Made by a program: the position numbers and the translations under genes. A stretch of DNA of 64,000 nt, taken from positions 62,001 through 126,000 of the forward strand of contig JAQGDQ010000287.1 of NCBI GenBank assembly GCA_030141605.1. Reading direction: 5' to 3'. The notes beneath the pieces were generated by a model, which saw only the letters and a list, made by a program, of their open reading frames with translations, had not been told where the DNA came from and made no database searches. Shown in pieces: positions 42,424-57,400 of the stretch; the first letter of the stretch is position 1, and the number at the start of each line of letters is the position of its first letter. Source of the stretch: Tubiluchus corallicola. Lineage: Eukaryota; Animalia; Priapulida.

Positions 42424-45400
42424 GTAAGAACTTTTAAAATATTTGATCACTTTTGAGAAAGTTGCTGTATTTCAGTTAGGGTGGTGCCACACGTTAACCC
42501 ATCAACTGAAAACAACAACAAGGCATGAGAGTTCACATGGCGGGCATCCATCTCAAACAGCTGATTCTGCACGTAGGCAGTTTTCAAATGTAAATTTTTC
42601 CTTCCCAGTTTATTGATTTGCTTTCACCGTTTTATGTCTAAGGCATTATTGAACACGAAAGTCATAGAAGTTAGATTTTGAAATATTCGCAGATGTTATT
42701 CTGGAATGAGGCCATGCCAGTGGCGTGTCATGATTTGGGCCATGCGTTGTTGGAACGTACAGTATGTATTTATAGGTGATGTGCGTATCAGCTTCTTGTG
42801 GGTCAATTGATGCTGGGTGAAACATTCTGATTTTTGGTGGACAACAGATGTTTGCAAAACACAGTAAAAATGTAATTCCTTTGTCTCAGTGGAACAATGA
42901 CCACGTAAACTTTGCCGCCATTTTTTACTAATTTTCATAATAAGCTATTATATAGCAGAGGATGCAAAATACTTGAAAGATAAATAAAGATAAAGGCAGT
43001 GACTATGGTTAAACATAGTAATTTAATTTCATGTAGCCTTAGGTTTAAAGGCGTGTGTATTTTCAGAATTTGATGAGCCTGAATAGACCCTGTGTTTGCA
43101 TTTTAATTAGGAAAAAACTCTAATTTTAGTTCGGAAATATAACTTCCATAAAGTTAAATTTCCAATTGTTGTGTAATGGACTATGAAGTCCAAAATAGAT
43201 TATCTTTTCAAACGTTCAACTCTTTACAAAATGGCCTGTACCATATTATCATGTTCCCTGCCTGCTTATAATCCATTTGCTAGAGTTATTTTTGTCCTAA
43301 CTGTAACCAGGTTTACATTGACCAGTGAAAGTTGAGTGTTGCCCAGATGTTAATGTGCTTAGCTTATATTAAAATGAATTCAACGTGATCATGCTTCAGT
43401 GAGAGAAATGATCTGTGTAAAAGTGAAAATATGAATTTCATAACTGAAAAATTTAGATTGAGTCGAGATACATGTAAGATTTCAATGGCATCGGCTGCTT
43501 ATATTTATCGTCATATTTTGACCAAATACACACCACATGTATGAGTTCATAACATAACGTAATGAAACTTTATTGGCCAAAAAAGTACACAATTCAAGCA
43601 TAGCTTTGGCGAAATCATAAAAAATGTGCATGATAAATATGTATTGCTAATACTGATTTGTAGTATGAAGCATCTGTCAGCTGAAGTTCAGTCAACAATA
43701 GAATGGTTTTAGGATAGTGTTGTCAGGAAATCTAGGTTTTAAGATTTTTCATGAAAGTAGTAAAATTTTTATTTGAAATGTGTAACAATAGGAACAAGCT
43801 CAATTTTTTAGTTGTAGCTTCCAAATTATGCCAATTCTAAACAGTCTGAAGTAGTGAATTGTTGTTGCAGTAGGTTACAGCTATGTTATAGGTATAATAG
43901 CACTTCAGTAAGGTTCCAGAAAACATTTTCATACATCTTTTTTTTAATGACAGGACCTGAAGAATATAATTATTCTGATGCTACTAGATAGAAGCTATAA
44001 AAACTCCAAAACCAATATTATTGGGCTGGTTGTTAATAACATCTATTGCTCAATAGATCAAGCAGCCATTTGGAATTGCTTCACTTTTCATAGTAACTAT
44101 CAACATTTAATGAAAAAATTTTCTAAATCCAATCCTAGTGTCAAGAGTACAGTTGCATCACTCCTTGGTCATCGGGTACCATTACTGAATTACATGTAGG
44201 CTAACTAGGCTTAGCGCTGTTCACATACAAAAAAGTGATAAGTTGAACCTTCATTTGCCTATCTAAGCCGAAGATTTCTTTGGTAGTCAGCTTTTAATAA
44301 TGGGTTGTACATAGCATTGTACAATTGTCCATTTGGTAATATATTGCAAAACTACATATATGTATCTGCTTATGTGGTAATGCAGTATTGACAAACAGAA
44401 CATTAGAAGGTTAGGGCAGTGTTGTCAGACTGTTTACAAAGACTTGTACCAGTTCAGGCACATTAAACATGCATAAAAGCTATGCAGTTATGTGAAATAA
44501 AAAATTAAAAATTCCAGCAACTTCATTCGTTTTGTGGTGTTCATGAAACTGGGTCCAAATCTTTTTGGTATTAAATATTTTTGATGTTATTAGCCCAAGT
44601 AAGAAGCATGTTGTTCTGTCATAGCAAAATGTGTGTAATAAAGCTCTCCGTACTGCATAAACATGACATGAGGTGCACAGGCGTGCTAGAATTATAAATT
44701 AGTCAAACTTTATATTTTTTTCAGAGTCAGAACATGGCTACGCATCACCGTTTCCTTTGCCAGAGGATCATATGGATCTGGTACGAAGATACCCGTACAG
44801 ACCGGTGAAGTCTTGGAAAACAGCCAATGACGGGAATTTAAAAAATAAAAATAATGCCAATCATGGGCTCAACGGCCCTAATATTACCAGGTGAGAATAT
44901 ATATTCATCTTTGATTAGTACTAACTGATTAAAGTTATGTGTGGTAAGTCGCCAGCTGGTATCATTTCCAGTGTTCATAAATTTAATCATAACATGTATA
45001 TACTCTATATATGTTTCATTAGCTAAATTTCCTATGTTGTTCAACTTCTGCAATGTTCGCAGTGTTGAATCTCTACTGAAAACATTTCTGTTTAAACTAG
45101 AATTTAACTTTCACTATTATAATATAGTTTTTAATGGTTTTACTTTTTTAGGTAAAACTTAACACTGGAAATCTTACATTTTGCACACCTTTGGTTTGTA
45201 ATCACATATATTTTATTCGTATACAACTGTTATATACAGCATTTTTAGATCATATTTTTGCACATGTAATGTTCTTTTTAGATCGATAATAAACAGTGAA
45301 TAAAAAACGAAAAAAACAGAAACCTTGTATGCTTGTTGTGATGATTCTAGATATGATTTGGTTTTGTGGTTGTTAACTGAGGTACTTGTTTGACTGGCCT

Positions 45401-48400
45401 AGTTTAGCTTGTACTGATTAAGGCTAGTCTCTTGCTTTGGAGTTTGTTGTTAGCTATGCGTGTATTATATAACCTCGTTTTCGCTTTTACTAGGTCAAGT
45501 CACAATGAGTTGGAGAAAAGTCGGTAAGTACCTCGGCTGTATCATAATATGATGGATTGTTAGTTGCGGTGATGTCCTAGCCTAGATTGTACCAATGATA
45601 TTTTCATGCCATCGCATAATGCAGTAATTATATCGTTCTTCGAGCGCCAGTTTGCCATTTTTCGTTCCATTTTAGAGCAGCTTGTTATCTGTACTTTACT
45701 ACTGTACGTGCTTTGCAGCTGTAGGGTATTTTCAAGTTTTTGTAGATGCAAATTTATAACTTTAATTTTTGCTTAATAATGTTAATGATAATAATAACAA
45801 TAATAGTTTCTTATGCGTGATACAGGGTACAGCATACAAATAAAACTGGCTGCAATCTTTTGCAGTTATTAAGCGAAATGTCGGGGCATAAGTAAGTTAA
45901 GTACATGTAAACAATGAAATTCAAGTCACTGGATAATATCTACTGATAAATTATGTACTTAACACTGTTTGTTTGCCATATTTTAAAAAATCAAGTGGTA
46001 GGTTAAGTTCTCCTTGTATTACGTTCAGGCTAACAAAATTCATGCAAAAAGTTGTAAATTAACTTGGTCGTGTTATTAGGCTTCTATAAAAAGAAAATGT
46101 TTTGTTAGATAACTGATCTGTAGATACGTAATTGTCATTTATATTTACCTACTTAAGTTTAATTAAGAGACTAAAGGTGTTAGAATGTAGTGAAATTAAG
46201 CACATTGCTTGTGGGGATGTGTGCACCTGTATTATGTGCACTGTACAACATATATCCGTACATGTTTTTAAATGGATGCTGCCAAGTTTTAATATTGCAT
46301 TTGTTGTGACAACCAATATCATCGTCAGCATGCGGTCATCGTAGGCAGTGTTGTCATTTAAAACATTTTTGAGTTTTTTCCTCCTTGACCGCTTTTGCTG
46401 TTTCGTGTTGCGTATTTGCATAGCTACAGTTTGTCTCCTTCGGGCTATTTTAGGTGGAGGTCGTATAATCATTTAAATGGCAGTTTTGCCTTTTCAAATA
46501 GCATCAGTGCTGCACTGTTTTCTTGGTCTTTAACGGGTCTTTTGACAGTAAAATCAAGCTTGTGAGATGTACGAAAAGTAAGAGTGGCCATAAAGAATAT
46601 TACCTCTCAATAGTAACTAGTTGTTACAAGTAATAATGGATAAAACATGGTTATTTTAATATATTTATGTTAAAATACTATGAATATTTGATTAAAGACT
46701 CTTAGAATCTAGAAAAGCTTTGAGAAGTTTGTGATAATTGCTAAGGTTTATTGTGTGGATCTACAATTCTGCATTGATTGATTGTCTATCTTTGTTCCTG
46801 TTACTTTTTCAAACCAATGAGTTTGGACATCGATCTATGGTCACTGGATTGCGTCATAGTATTTTTGACGTCTATCTCTTTCCACTGACAATCAAATGCA
46901 ATGCGTTTGTACAATATGTCTTACGAACTTGCACTGGGCATTACCTATAATTGTACTTGAGGTCACTGACAGTTTATCTCTTACAGGTATATTCAGTTGA
47001 GTTGCTGCTTGTTTCCAAACAGGTTAACTGCATTAATTGTTAAACAAATCAGCAAACAGTTTTCAATAGCCAAACAATCTATACGTTCTACATTAGCGCA
47101 AAAAAGTCCCACGAAATCCGTAGTTTGATTGTCGAAGAATTCTTTGCAAATTTGGTTCATTTTCCAGGAATTCTGTAATTTCTCTTCTATTTCTTATTCA
47201 CTTTTAACCCTTTACTAAATTGATGTTGTGATTTACATCTTTATATTAATTAGTTATACAGTTTAAACTTGTCACATCGCACAGTGAATGTTTAATAAGA
47301 TGTATCATCGTTTATATTATGGTATTCTGTTAATAATATTTTCTTGTGTGGACTGTTTTACCTTTCTCCAGGTCGATTTACATTTGCCAGCAGCAGGCTG
47401 CACTACTGGAGTTTGAACCACACGTATATATAATTCATTACATACATACGAAATTGTAGTGAGCCTGGTTGCATTTTGACACTGCAAATGACCTAGCAAA
47501 AATGAGCTGCCATGCTACCGAAATTGTACCAGAGAAAAGAAACAAATTATACTGGTATACCAAAATGAGCAATGATCCGTTTAGTAGCATGCAGACAGCA
47601 TGGAATTTCGACTGGATTTTTACTTTTTCCATTCATGTAGTTTTTCAAATATCGGTAATTAAGTTGAGCAAATTGACAGGTGTGAAGCAAAATCAGGAGA
47701 AATGATGATATGATAGATGATCTTCACAGTGATACATTATATTGTATGTTATGATTGCCTGAACTACGCGTTGAAAATGTAATTTTCAATCAATCAGAAT
47801 TACGTGCATGAGGGCGTCATTAGTTTCTGTTTGATGCTACGAGGAAATTATGCCATCCATTACAAACCACATACTTCAAGATTTTGCCAAAAAATGCACC
47901 ATTTTTCTTACATCTCTGGTTGAGCTTGATTTTGTTCTTATATAAAAGCTTGTCTGTTTTGCTCACTAAGTTGTCATTCTTGGTGGAAATCAAGCTTGCC
48001 TTCCTGTTGGCTTAGAGTCGTCTTTTTGTCCCAAGATTCACTGAAGAAATGATGCTGGGAAAGAAACAGTTTAACCAATTTTCTTGAGTTGTGTTTATTT
48101 ATTGTGTTTTGTGACTAAATCTTTCAGCCCTTTTGGCTAGATCCGTGCTGTATAGTTCATTTTGTTTGAGGCTTCTTGTAACTTGCCCTTTTTTACTAGT
48201 TCAGGTTGTCGTCTTGCCATTCTAAGATGGCTTTCTTGGTGGATTAATTATTTCTTTTCTTGAATCAAAAATTAATAGTGTCTTTCTGCTAGCTGATGCT
48301 TTATATTTTCTTGCACAATCAAGATTTTCCACTTGCTCGTTAACATTTTCCCATTTTCCTTAGTGCTAGATCAAGATTTTCTTCTTGCTTATTTGACACT

Positions 48401-51400
48401 TCATTTTTCACAGTGATGGATCAAGATTGCTTTTTGACAATAAAAATTGTATCAAACTTCTATCGTTGTTCGATCAAGCATTCTGTTACTGTTCATTATT
48501 TGCTAAGCTTGTCTATATGACTTGTTCAAGATTTGGCTTTTTGCTAGCTTACGTTCTTGCCCTCAATGGCAGAGATGTCGCTACTGTTGCAGCTTAGTAC
48601 AATCGATTCCCATGTTTAACAATACTGACTTTAATAAATTGGGTTACTTTGTAACTTTAAAATAGGTGACATTTTCTAGGAAATTGATCAACTCATTTAG
48701 GGGGTATTTTTCCCTCTGCTAATTTGCCGGGTACCACCATAGATTTCTGTTTTGGTGTGAAATTTGAGAAGTCATCTTGACCGCATTTCTGGTCAGACTC
48801 AACCTGCATACTTTCTTGCTGTAGTATCTGGCTTCAGTGTTGCCTAATTTTACTATATTTTCCGGTGTGATCACTTTCCATAGGAAGTTGTCTTGAGGGA
48901 TTATTATCACGTGAAGGTATGTTGTTTCTGAAATACAGACTTGACAGAAAAGTGGGGTTCTTCATACAGGCTAAGGTAACATACTAACATCCAAGAACTT
49001 TGATTGCTGATTTACTTTCGTCAAAAGCGAGACAAGAGAATTTTTTATTTACATGTTTATTTTGAAGCACTATTCAACGTAAAGGGAAGATTTATGATTA
49101 TACATATACATGTCCCGTTCTTGTCCCCGCGCAAAAGAATCTTAGTTTGATTGGTTCACCTCATACGAGATAGCATTTTCTTATCGGTGTTGAAGAAACA
49201 ATGTCGTGGTTACAGTATTACACGGAGCTTTCCCGGAAGTTTTTCCTGGATCCGGGAGAAAGTGTGACTCGTATAACCTGCGTCATTCCAGTCTCCTGGT
49301 TGCGCAACGCAGGTATGGCTGATCGTACTACGCCCACAGGTACACGCACAGGTATAGCAAGTATCTCACGCCCACAGGTTTTTTGGCAAAACACTTGCAC
49401 GACCTTTGATACTTGAGTAGAAGACACGCCCGTGAGCTTGTCCTTCGCCGCAGCGTGGCGTCGTCATCGCCATAATTGATTTTCTGTAATTAATATTCAT
49501 CAGCATTGTACAGTAGGCGCAGAGAAAAAACCGCTTCGATGCGCTCCGCCTAGTGGCCATTATTGTCATGAGCTGTTGTTTCGCTGGGAGATTTAAATTA
49601 TGCTTGCACATGCTGTACAATTGCTTTCAAGGTTAAAACAGACATAGTTATGATGCTTTAAGGTTATAGTGGCGGTTGTTGTAAACGTGTCATTTCATCA
49701 TCACGTGTTTAGCCTTGATATGCTGTGTTTGTTGACTGTAGCATTATCTGATGACTATAATGCTATAATGCTTAGACTAGAACTGTTACTTTATTGTTTA
49801 CAAGGGTATTTAATTATTACTAGTTTTTTGCACCTGAAGGTTTCTCGCATTATTAAGTAATGCACATATCCACAAGGTGAGATGAATAGCTGAGTTGTTT
49901 ACTGCGTATGTTTAAAAGCACAAGAAAACCCTTTACTTACATAAAGCTTAAAAAAATCCGTCTTGAAATTTTGAACCACTTACATCACTAACGCTGTATA
50001 AAACTTGAAAATTTTAAACTCCCGCGATGATGATCGTCAAGTGCAGCCATTTTAACGATGTCTTTTGAAACGAGTTTAGATAACATTGCGTAAAGTTTGA
50101 AAAAATAATCAGAGCATTCATAGTGCACGTTGCACTAATTTATCAAAATTTTAAATTACAGTGTCTTGTCAGTAAGATTAAAAGTACGTTTTTGTGTGAG
50201 ACAATGGTGCAAACTGGGTAGGTGAATCAGCGACGTTTTACCACTTGGTGGGAATTTTCTTTTCTGGTTATATAAGTGACTTGTAAGCCTTTCAAGCAGG
50301 TAATCGTAATGCTAAATAATATAACTTTGCGTGGAAAGTTTATTGGGACATAGTTTAACATTACCCAAGTTTCTTCCCTTTTAATGACCGAAGTTAAATA
50401 ATGCTAAGTCCCCTCAGTAAATGGATGGTTCACTTCACTTTTCATAATTCCCATGTTTCTCTCATTTACGAAGAGTGTATACGTGTCATCTGGAACGTGG
50501 CTGAAATGTCTTTCTCAGTGCAGCCTCTCATTTTCGTTAGATATCAGTCTCGCCACAAGCATTTATGTTAAGGCCTGCCATTGAGTGCTGGATTCCAGGT
50601 TGCAGAGTGCTGGACAGTACAACAAATGGGCACTGGCACACATGTCCAATGAACTCCACACAGATACCCATTATATACAGACTATGCTGTGACGTTGTGT
50701 ATAAAAGACAGTCTGTACATTAAGATATTCGTATATGTATACCGAATACGCTATATGATAAACTTGACACCGCGATAAATATAAACAATTTCCTTTCACG
50801 CTCATGTTTATAAACAAACAATATCCCATTTCTTTGCACTACGATCTACTACGTTGTTTACCCGCCGGGGAGCGTTAGATTTCTCAACATGTGGAGAGGT
50901 TAGCTAATGTTAATTAGCTGTTTACTAATAATTAGTGCCGGTTTTAGTGCTTGGCTTGACAGTGGTTCCCACGTCTCACTTTCGTGGCCTGTAGCTTACT
51001 GAATGATTAAAGAAATAGTGCCTTGGGAAATCAATTTACCATAAATCATTTTATCGTTGCGGTGAGTTCGTGTAAGAATTGTGTCATAATTTCTGGCTGT
51101 TCTGAACTTTTCGGCTGCACATTTTGAGCGTTCTTTATGCGTTTTGGCCGATAGGTCTCTATAAAAAAACTGGGTTCTGAACAATTTTGCCAACTCCTGC
51201 GTTGTTTAGCCATCCAGCAAGGTCAAACCATTGTTCTCTCGACCTATAAATCTTTTGTTGTGGGTTGTTGTCCATTTTGGCCAGTTTACAGCGCAGTGCA
51301 AACAGGAGGTTCATGCTAAGCTGGAAAGATTGCTCGCAAGCGTAGTTCAGTTCATGTCATCCTTAGCGAGTAGCGACCGTTGAACGGACGTTTCTTCCCT

Positions 51401-54400
51401 GGCTTTGTGTCGAAGAGGGCGCTACCATCACTAAATTCACCAAAAATCATTTTGATTGCGAGATAGGCGCACGAATATTATATTACGTGAAAACCGCTTT
51501 TGTTTTGCTTCCGACTGATTGTGTTTTTCTCTCCCCCTCTCGTATGTACATCAGCTTTTAGAAGGGTTTTTTTGTCGTGGACACGCCCCACGGCCAACTC
51601 TTACCGTGTGGGTGCATTGACATATTTCTTTATGCTCTAATAGCCAAGCATATGGCAACTTTTGCTGTACGTGTTTTTGAAAATTTATTGTAATGATTCA
51701 GAGTTATGGTACACAAAGCACTAGTTTGACAAGCTGGTGGTGGTGGTGGGGGGGGGGAGCATGGTGCTTTTGTGTAGCATAAAGTGTTACTGTGCACCCT
51801 ACTTTAGACAGGCACACAGAACAAATATACTTTGATGAGTTTCTTAGCTTTTTTCTCAGCCGATGCGAGAGATCAGCTGATCGACACGTGTATGGTAACG
51901 TGAAAGTACCAAAATAGACAGTGGTGGAGTTTATGGGCGGCATTTATTTAGGTCCATGCTTATAAGCTGAAGTTACACCTATTTGCATGTTTGTTACGCC
52001 GTGCTGAGCTATAATTGTGGGAACTTGCTGGAAATAAGTGAGGGTTGATAACTGGGTTTTACTAGTAAAATTAGGCTAATATGTAGCCCATAATTTAATG
52101 CTGACTGCTAACAGGGGACGAAAATTACTTGGTAACGTTAGGTGACATTATAAATGTGGCACCTTACTGTCTTCGCGAAAATGTGCCAGCAAAATATTAG
52201 CTTTCTGAATGAATGACACCTTACTGCCTTTGCAAAAATATACCTCTAATATATTAGCTTTCTGAATGAGTGGCCTCTTACTGTCTTTGCGAAAATGTGC
52301 CTCCAAAATATTAACTTTCTGAATGAGTGGCACTTTGCTGTCTTTGGGAAAAGGTGCCTCCAACATATTAGCTTTATGGGTGAGAGACATGAATAACGGT
52401 GCCTTTTTGCTTTTATACATCTGCATTTTGAAAGGAAATGTGCGCCTGGTAATAAATTTTAAAACCCAGCTGTGCAGGGTACGTACAGTACATGAATTCC
52501 TGCATTAACCGCTGACGTTAAGTTTCTGGAACATTGCCAATTCTTCCCTGGTTCTAGAGGTAAACTCGAGGTTGCAACTATTTATCACGAATGACTGAAC
52601 ATGTTTGCTTTTGGTTAGCATTTTTTTCACACCAAACATTCTATATTTTCAAACAGATAGAAATGAAAAATGTTTTGTCAACACAAGATACGAATTCGTT
52701 ATGACCCTCTTAGTTGTAGTTTTTACGCATTACACTAGACATATATATAAGCATTTGAGTAAATATATGCAACGGTGGCCATTTTTATACACATACGGAC
52801 TAATTTTTTGAGGAAAGGTTTTAGTGGAGACGAATTTACTTAGTACGTACGCTATTTTGTCGCAGAATTTCAAATTTCTGCATAATTCTTCGGAAATTGA
52901 TGATGCGTCCACATGGGTCTGGCAATGTATTAACGTGTTTAACGTTCACTGGGAATGTTGTGTATGGTTAGTGATGTCGAATTTTATGGCAGTTTGTTGA
53001 GAAAATGTGCTGTCCATTTGCGTGCATGGCTTTTAACATTCCTTTCTTTTTATGACACCATTTCCTCTCGGTTTCTTGAGGTCCCCCAGTATCGTCAGGT
53101 AGCAATTTATGTGTAAGGTGTAGATACTATTTTACTTTAGATTTTATGTACATTTATGTTGTAAGACCTACTGTCAATACAGGATTAGATGGCTAAAGAG
53201 TTATGTCCATTTTTTCCGTTGTCAGTAGACTAATTTTTTTGTATTTTTTCCAGGAGGGCTCATCTGAGACATTGCTTGGAAAGGTTGAAGGCCATGGTTC
53301 CTCTAGGGCCTGAATCTAGCCGTCATACCACCCTAGGGTTGCTAATGAACGCGAAGGCACTCATAAAGGTAGGCATCGTTCACACTTTCACTTTGCAGTG
53401 GTGTGTGGGTCAATGTCCTTGTACCGGTTATGGAGTTCAAGTCGCCCTTGGATTACGTTGGATGTCGTGTTGAGCGTCATGTTTCAGGCACTTTTGCAAA
53501 TGGTGCAGTTTTACTTGAGAAGAAAATTAAACATTGCTAGGATTCTGTTCAGATTTATCAGATATAAGCTTGTGCTTTGTTAACTGTGGCTGCCATATTG
53601 AATTTTCTAGATGGGTAAACTTGTGTTAGAGTTAATTTCATACTTTAATAAGCAAAATAGCATGTAAAGTTGAATTTGTTAATAAGCAGAGTAGAGTTCA
53701 AAAAGGCTCGAAACATCCTAATCATTAATATACATTCATATAACATATTTTAATATTTATTATTTTATTGGGTAATTACTGTTCACAAATACACTGTTTA
53801 CACAAATATAAATACATACCTATATAACACTATAAAACATATACTACGTTAGAACAACACAATGATACAAGTTAAATTCTATAATTTAAACTTTAATTAG
53901 CCTTAAGATTTTGTACTTTGAAGTGTTTTACACTTGCTCCAATGTTTTGTCATGTTTATGTTTTATTTGTGATTGATTTGATTTTGTCATTGATTTTCTT
54001 GCCCAAATTTTTTTCAAATGTATTTTGTTTCCATGCAGACATGTCACAGCCACACAAAACTGTATTTAAACGCTTTTTGCCCATGGAAAAACTTGACTTG
54101 CTTTATGACAACTCTGTAACTTACAGTTATTTTATTAATTGCATCAACAAGTTGGCACCATTATTCATGTGTCCCCTGCCAATTAGAAGTTCATTTTGGA
54201 TCCAGTTCTACAAGTAAATCAATTCGGTTGGCCGCTCACTTGTTACTAGTTACACCTGGGTGGGTTTTGAGAGTTCATCCAGTTGTAGAGCACCCTTTAA
54301 ACCCCTGGGGCATTCGAAACTGGACTAAGTAATCGTCCAGGTTATGCTTTTTGCTGGCTGTTGATCCCAGGAAGTGATTCCAATAAAATGCTTCACCTAT

Positions 54401-57400
54401 CAAATATTTTTTACCTTGCTTTACCTGACAGATCAGCTCACATCAGGTCCCGTCGCCCCAGTTCTTGAGTCCCATTTCCCGAACATCTGGTCGAGTATGA
54501 GACTTGTTATTCGGTAATCAAAATTTCTTCTCGTCATGGTTGTTGCTACCCCAGGCCTAGCAATTAGAGGACACTAATGCCTTAACAATGATAGTCCAAT
54601 GATAACATTGAAAGTATATGGGCTGATAACAATGAAAGTATACGGGCTACAACTAGGACTCAGGCCTGATTTTTCTGCTTTATTTCATGTCTTGTTATCC
54701 AAATTTGTATTAATATTTATTCGTTCAACTAAAAACACAGTTACAGGAAAACTGCACAAGTATAAAATCATAATTAATGTACATGTAAGAGGACAGTTTG
54801 TGCATGGAGAAAGCCGCCATGTCTAGGAGCTCTTACAGGCACAGCAGAGAAGTATTAGTCGCTATTAAATTTACAGAAGTTCGTTAAAAATAAGTTTTTT
54901 TAATTTTAAACACTTTCACAGAGTTAGCGTCTACTATTTCTGGTAGCAGAGTTCCGCATTTCAATAATTCAAGTTCCAAATATCGATGAATCACTTGCCA
55001 CTTGCCTAAGCTAATGGTTGACCTGTTTATGAGCTAAAAGGTTTTCAAGCAAAAAGCTGCCTTATTGTCCCCTCCACAAAAGGGTTGACCTGATAGTGGA
55101 CCGCATTTTTTCGTGACAGAGAGTCCGTTCCTAATAACTTTTTGTAATTGTCAGTAGTAAGGCACAAATTTCCCTTATAGCTAACATCTTCACTTTACTA
55201 AGCATCAAAATCTTCCTGGGACAGTCCATTGTTTCTTGCATCCATTTATGAGTTTAGATCATGGATTTGGTTTCTTTTTTAATTCTTATACCAGCCAGTA
55301 GTGAGAACGGTGTTAGCAATATTAAATATGCATGTAAGGATTATACTTTTCATTTGTGTATGTGTGAATCAAGTATACATGCAAATAATAATATTTACTA
55401 TCTTATTTTCTTAATAACTTTGTCGCAAGGAAAATTTGTACAATCATTGATTGAATTGACTGAATACTTTTATTTCAGAACATAGTCCATATTGCAATAC
55501 AATACAAATCATGGTTAACAAACAAACATTATAGATATAAATCAATATACAATTGTTGTTTAGTAGTTTCTCACAATTAAATACAGTTAATTAAGTAGTT
55601 ACGATATTTACAACTTTGCTTTATTGGGCTACAGTATATAGGCATTTATTTCAATGCTTATACAACCTAGATATGAATAAACAGTCACTGTTAAATATAT
55701 TGCTTATCAATTAATTGTAGGTGTCAGTAGCTCTCATTTTTAGTGAATAAATAGACTAATAATAAAATCAACATACTGCTTATGTAAGATAGATTTTGTT
55801 ATACAAATTGACCTAAACAGGACTAAAGGATACTCAAGGTAAGGAGTTACTGGAATAACCAATAAAAAGCAACAGTTTAAAGTTTCGACTAACTTGGAAC
55901 ATTTAGGCCTAGTTTCAGAAATCATTTCGTTATTCATACTTTTGATATATGAAGTTCTACAAGTTGGATATGGATTAGGATTAACTATGCGTTATACAGT
56001 CTAACCAGAGTGTGGCAAAAGAACCTGTTTCCATTATGTTGTTCATAAGTTCGTAAAAAGAATGTTCCTAGTTGCAAATAATCAAACAGCTTCTTGATCG
56101 CAGATGATCGAGCAGTTTTATTTTTCAGGCTCTTGAAGAGAAGGATAAGAAGATTCAGCAAACAAAGAATCAGTTGTACCAAGAGCAGCGCCATCTACAG
56201 TCTCAGCTACGGATGCTGATGCAACAGCAGGGATATACAGACAGGGAGATAAACACGGCGCTGCAGCTAGCCCGGGAACGTAGCACCAGTGAGAGCAGCA
56301 CCTCCACTGCCAGCAGTACTTCCAACGTCTCAGAAATGGGTAATGAGTTTGTACTGTTTCTACACAGTGCACACTGCACACACAAGGCAAAATCCGTGTG
56401 CAACAACTTGTCTGACACAGTTTTTTTGCTCCTCTGCAGACTCGACAAATGCTGTTTTACCAACTTTGTCACATAGAATTTTATTAAACGTTTTTAATTT
56501 TCTGCCTCAGAACAAATCTTCTGCTCTTGTTTGCGATCTCTATACAAAACTTATCAGGCAAAACCAGATCAGACCAATACAAAGCAACCGATAGTCACAT
56601 GTTACCTAATAACTATTTACTGAGGTTATGCATAGATGAAAGACATTTTAAATTTTAAGATGTTATGAGCCAAGTCATTCCTGGTAGGTTTAGTGGATTA
56701 GTATAGTTGATTCAAATTTGCCTGATTTGTTAAAAATTAAATTTAGCCGTTTGTGGCTCTCGTCGTATCACTTAAAAGTTGAGACAGAGGAAGGTGGGCT
56801 AGACCTTCTTAGACACCGAGACCTAGAAACTTGAGATTGCGTACCTGTGATGGTACAAACGTACATGATCGGGAGAACGTGTAGTTTTGGCATGCAAAAA
56901 AACGGATTATAAAAAAACAAATATAACATCATTTTAAATACTTGGACTGATTTTTAAAATCTGGAAAATGAAATAGTGCTAAATGTGCAGATGATGTTTT
57001 ACACATTTGTATGATGTTTGATATTAACACTTATTTTTATGTTGTTAACACTGTGTCTGTATCTCCGTACTTAGTATGAATATCTGTTTTTTGATGACTA
57101 TTGTAAAAATGATTACCGTAATAATGTGGTCATATGTGACAATAAACTACTACTACTATACCCCATGTAGCTGCATTTTTGTCCTATTTGTAGAACTGAG
57201 GTACCCCATTAAATGGAATTATCCACCTTTCTTGAAATACTCAGAAACTACTTTTGTTACTTATTTGTTTAAGAAATGATTGGCCAAATATTGTTGAAAT
57301 TTGGCTAGAAAAGCCAAAATTTTTATATTTTAATGGTTAAGTGTCTAGAACACTTGCAGTAGGATTTTTAATAAGATGTTCCCTTGTTTCAGAAGTGGAC

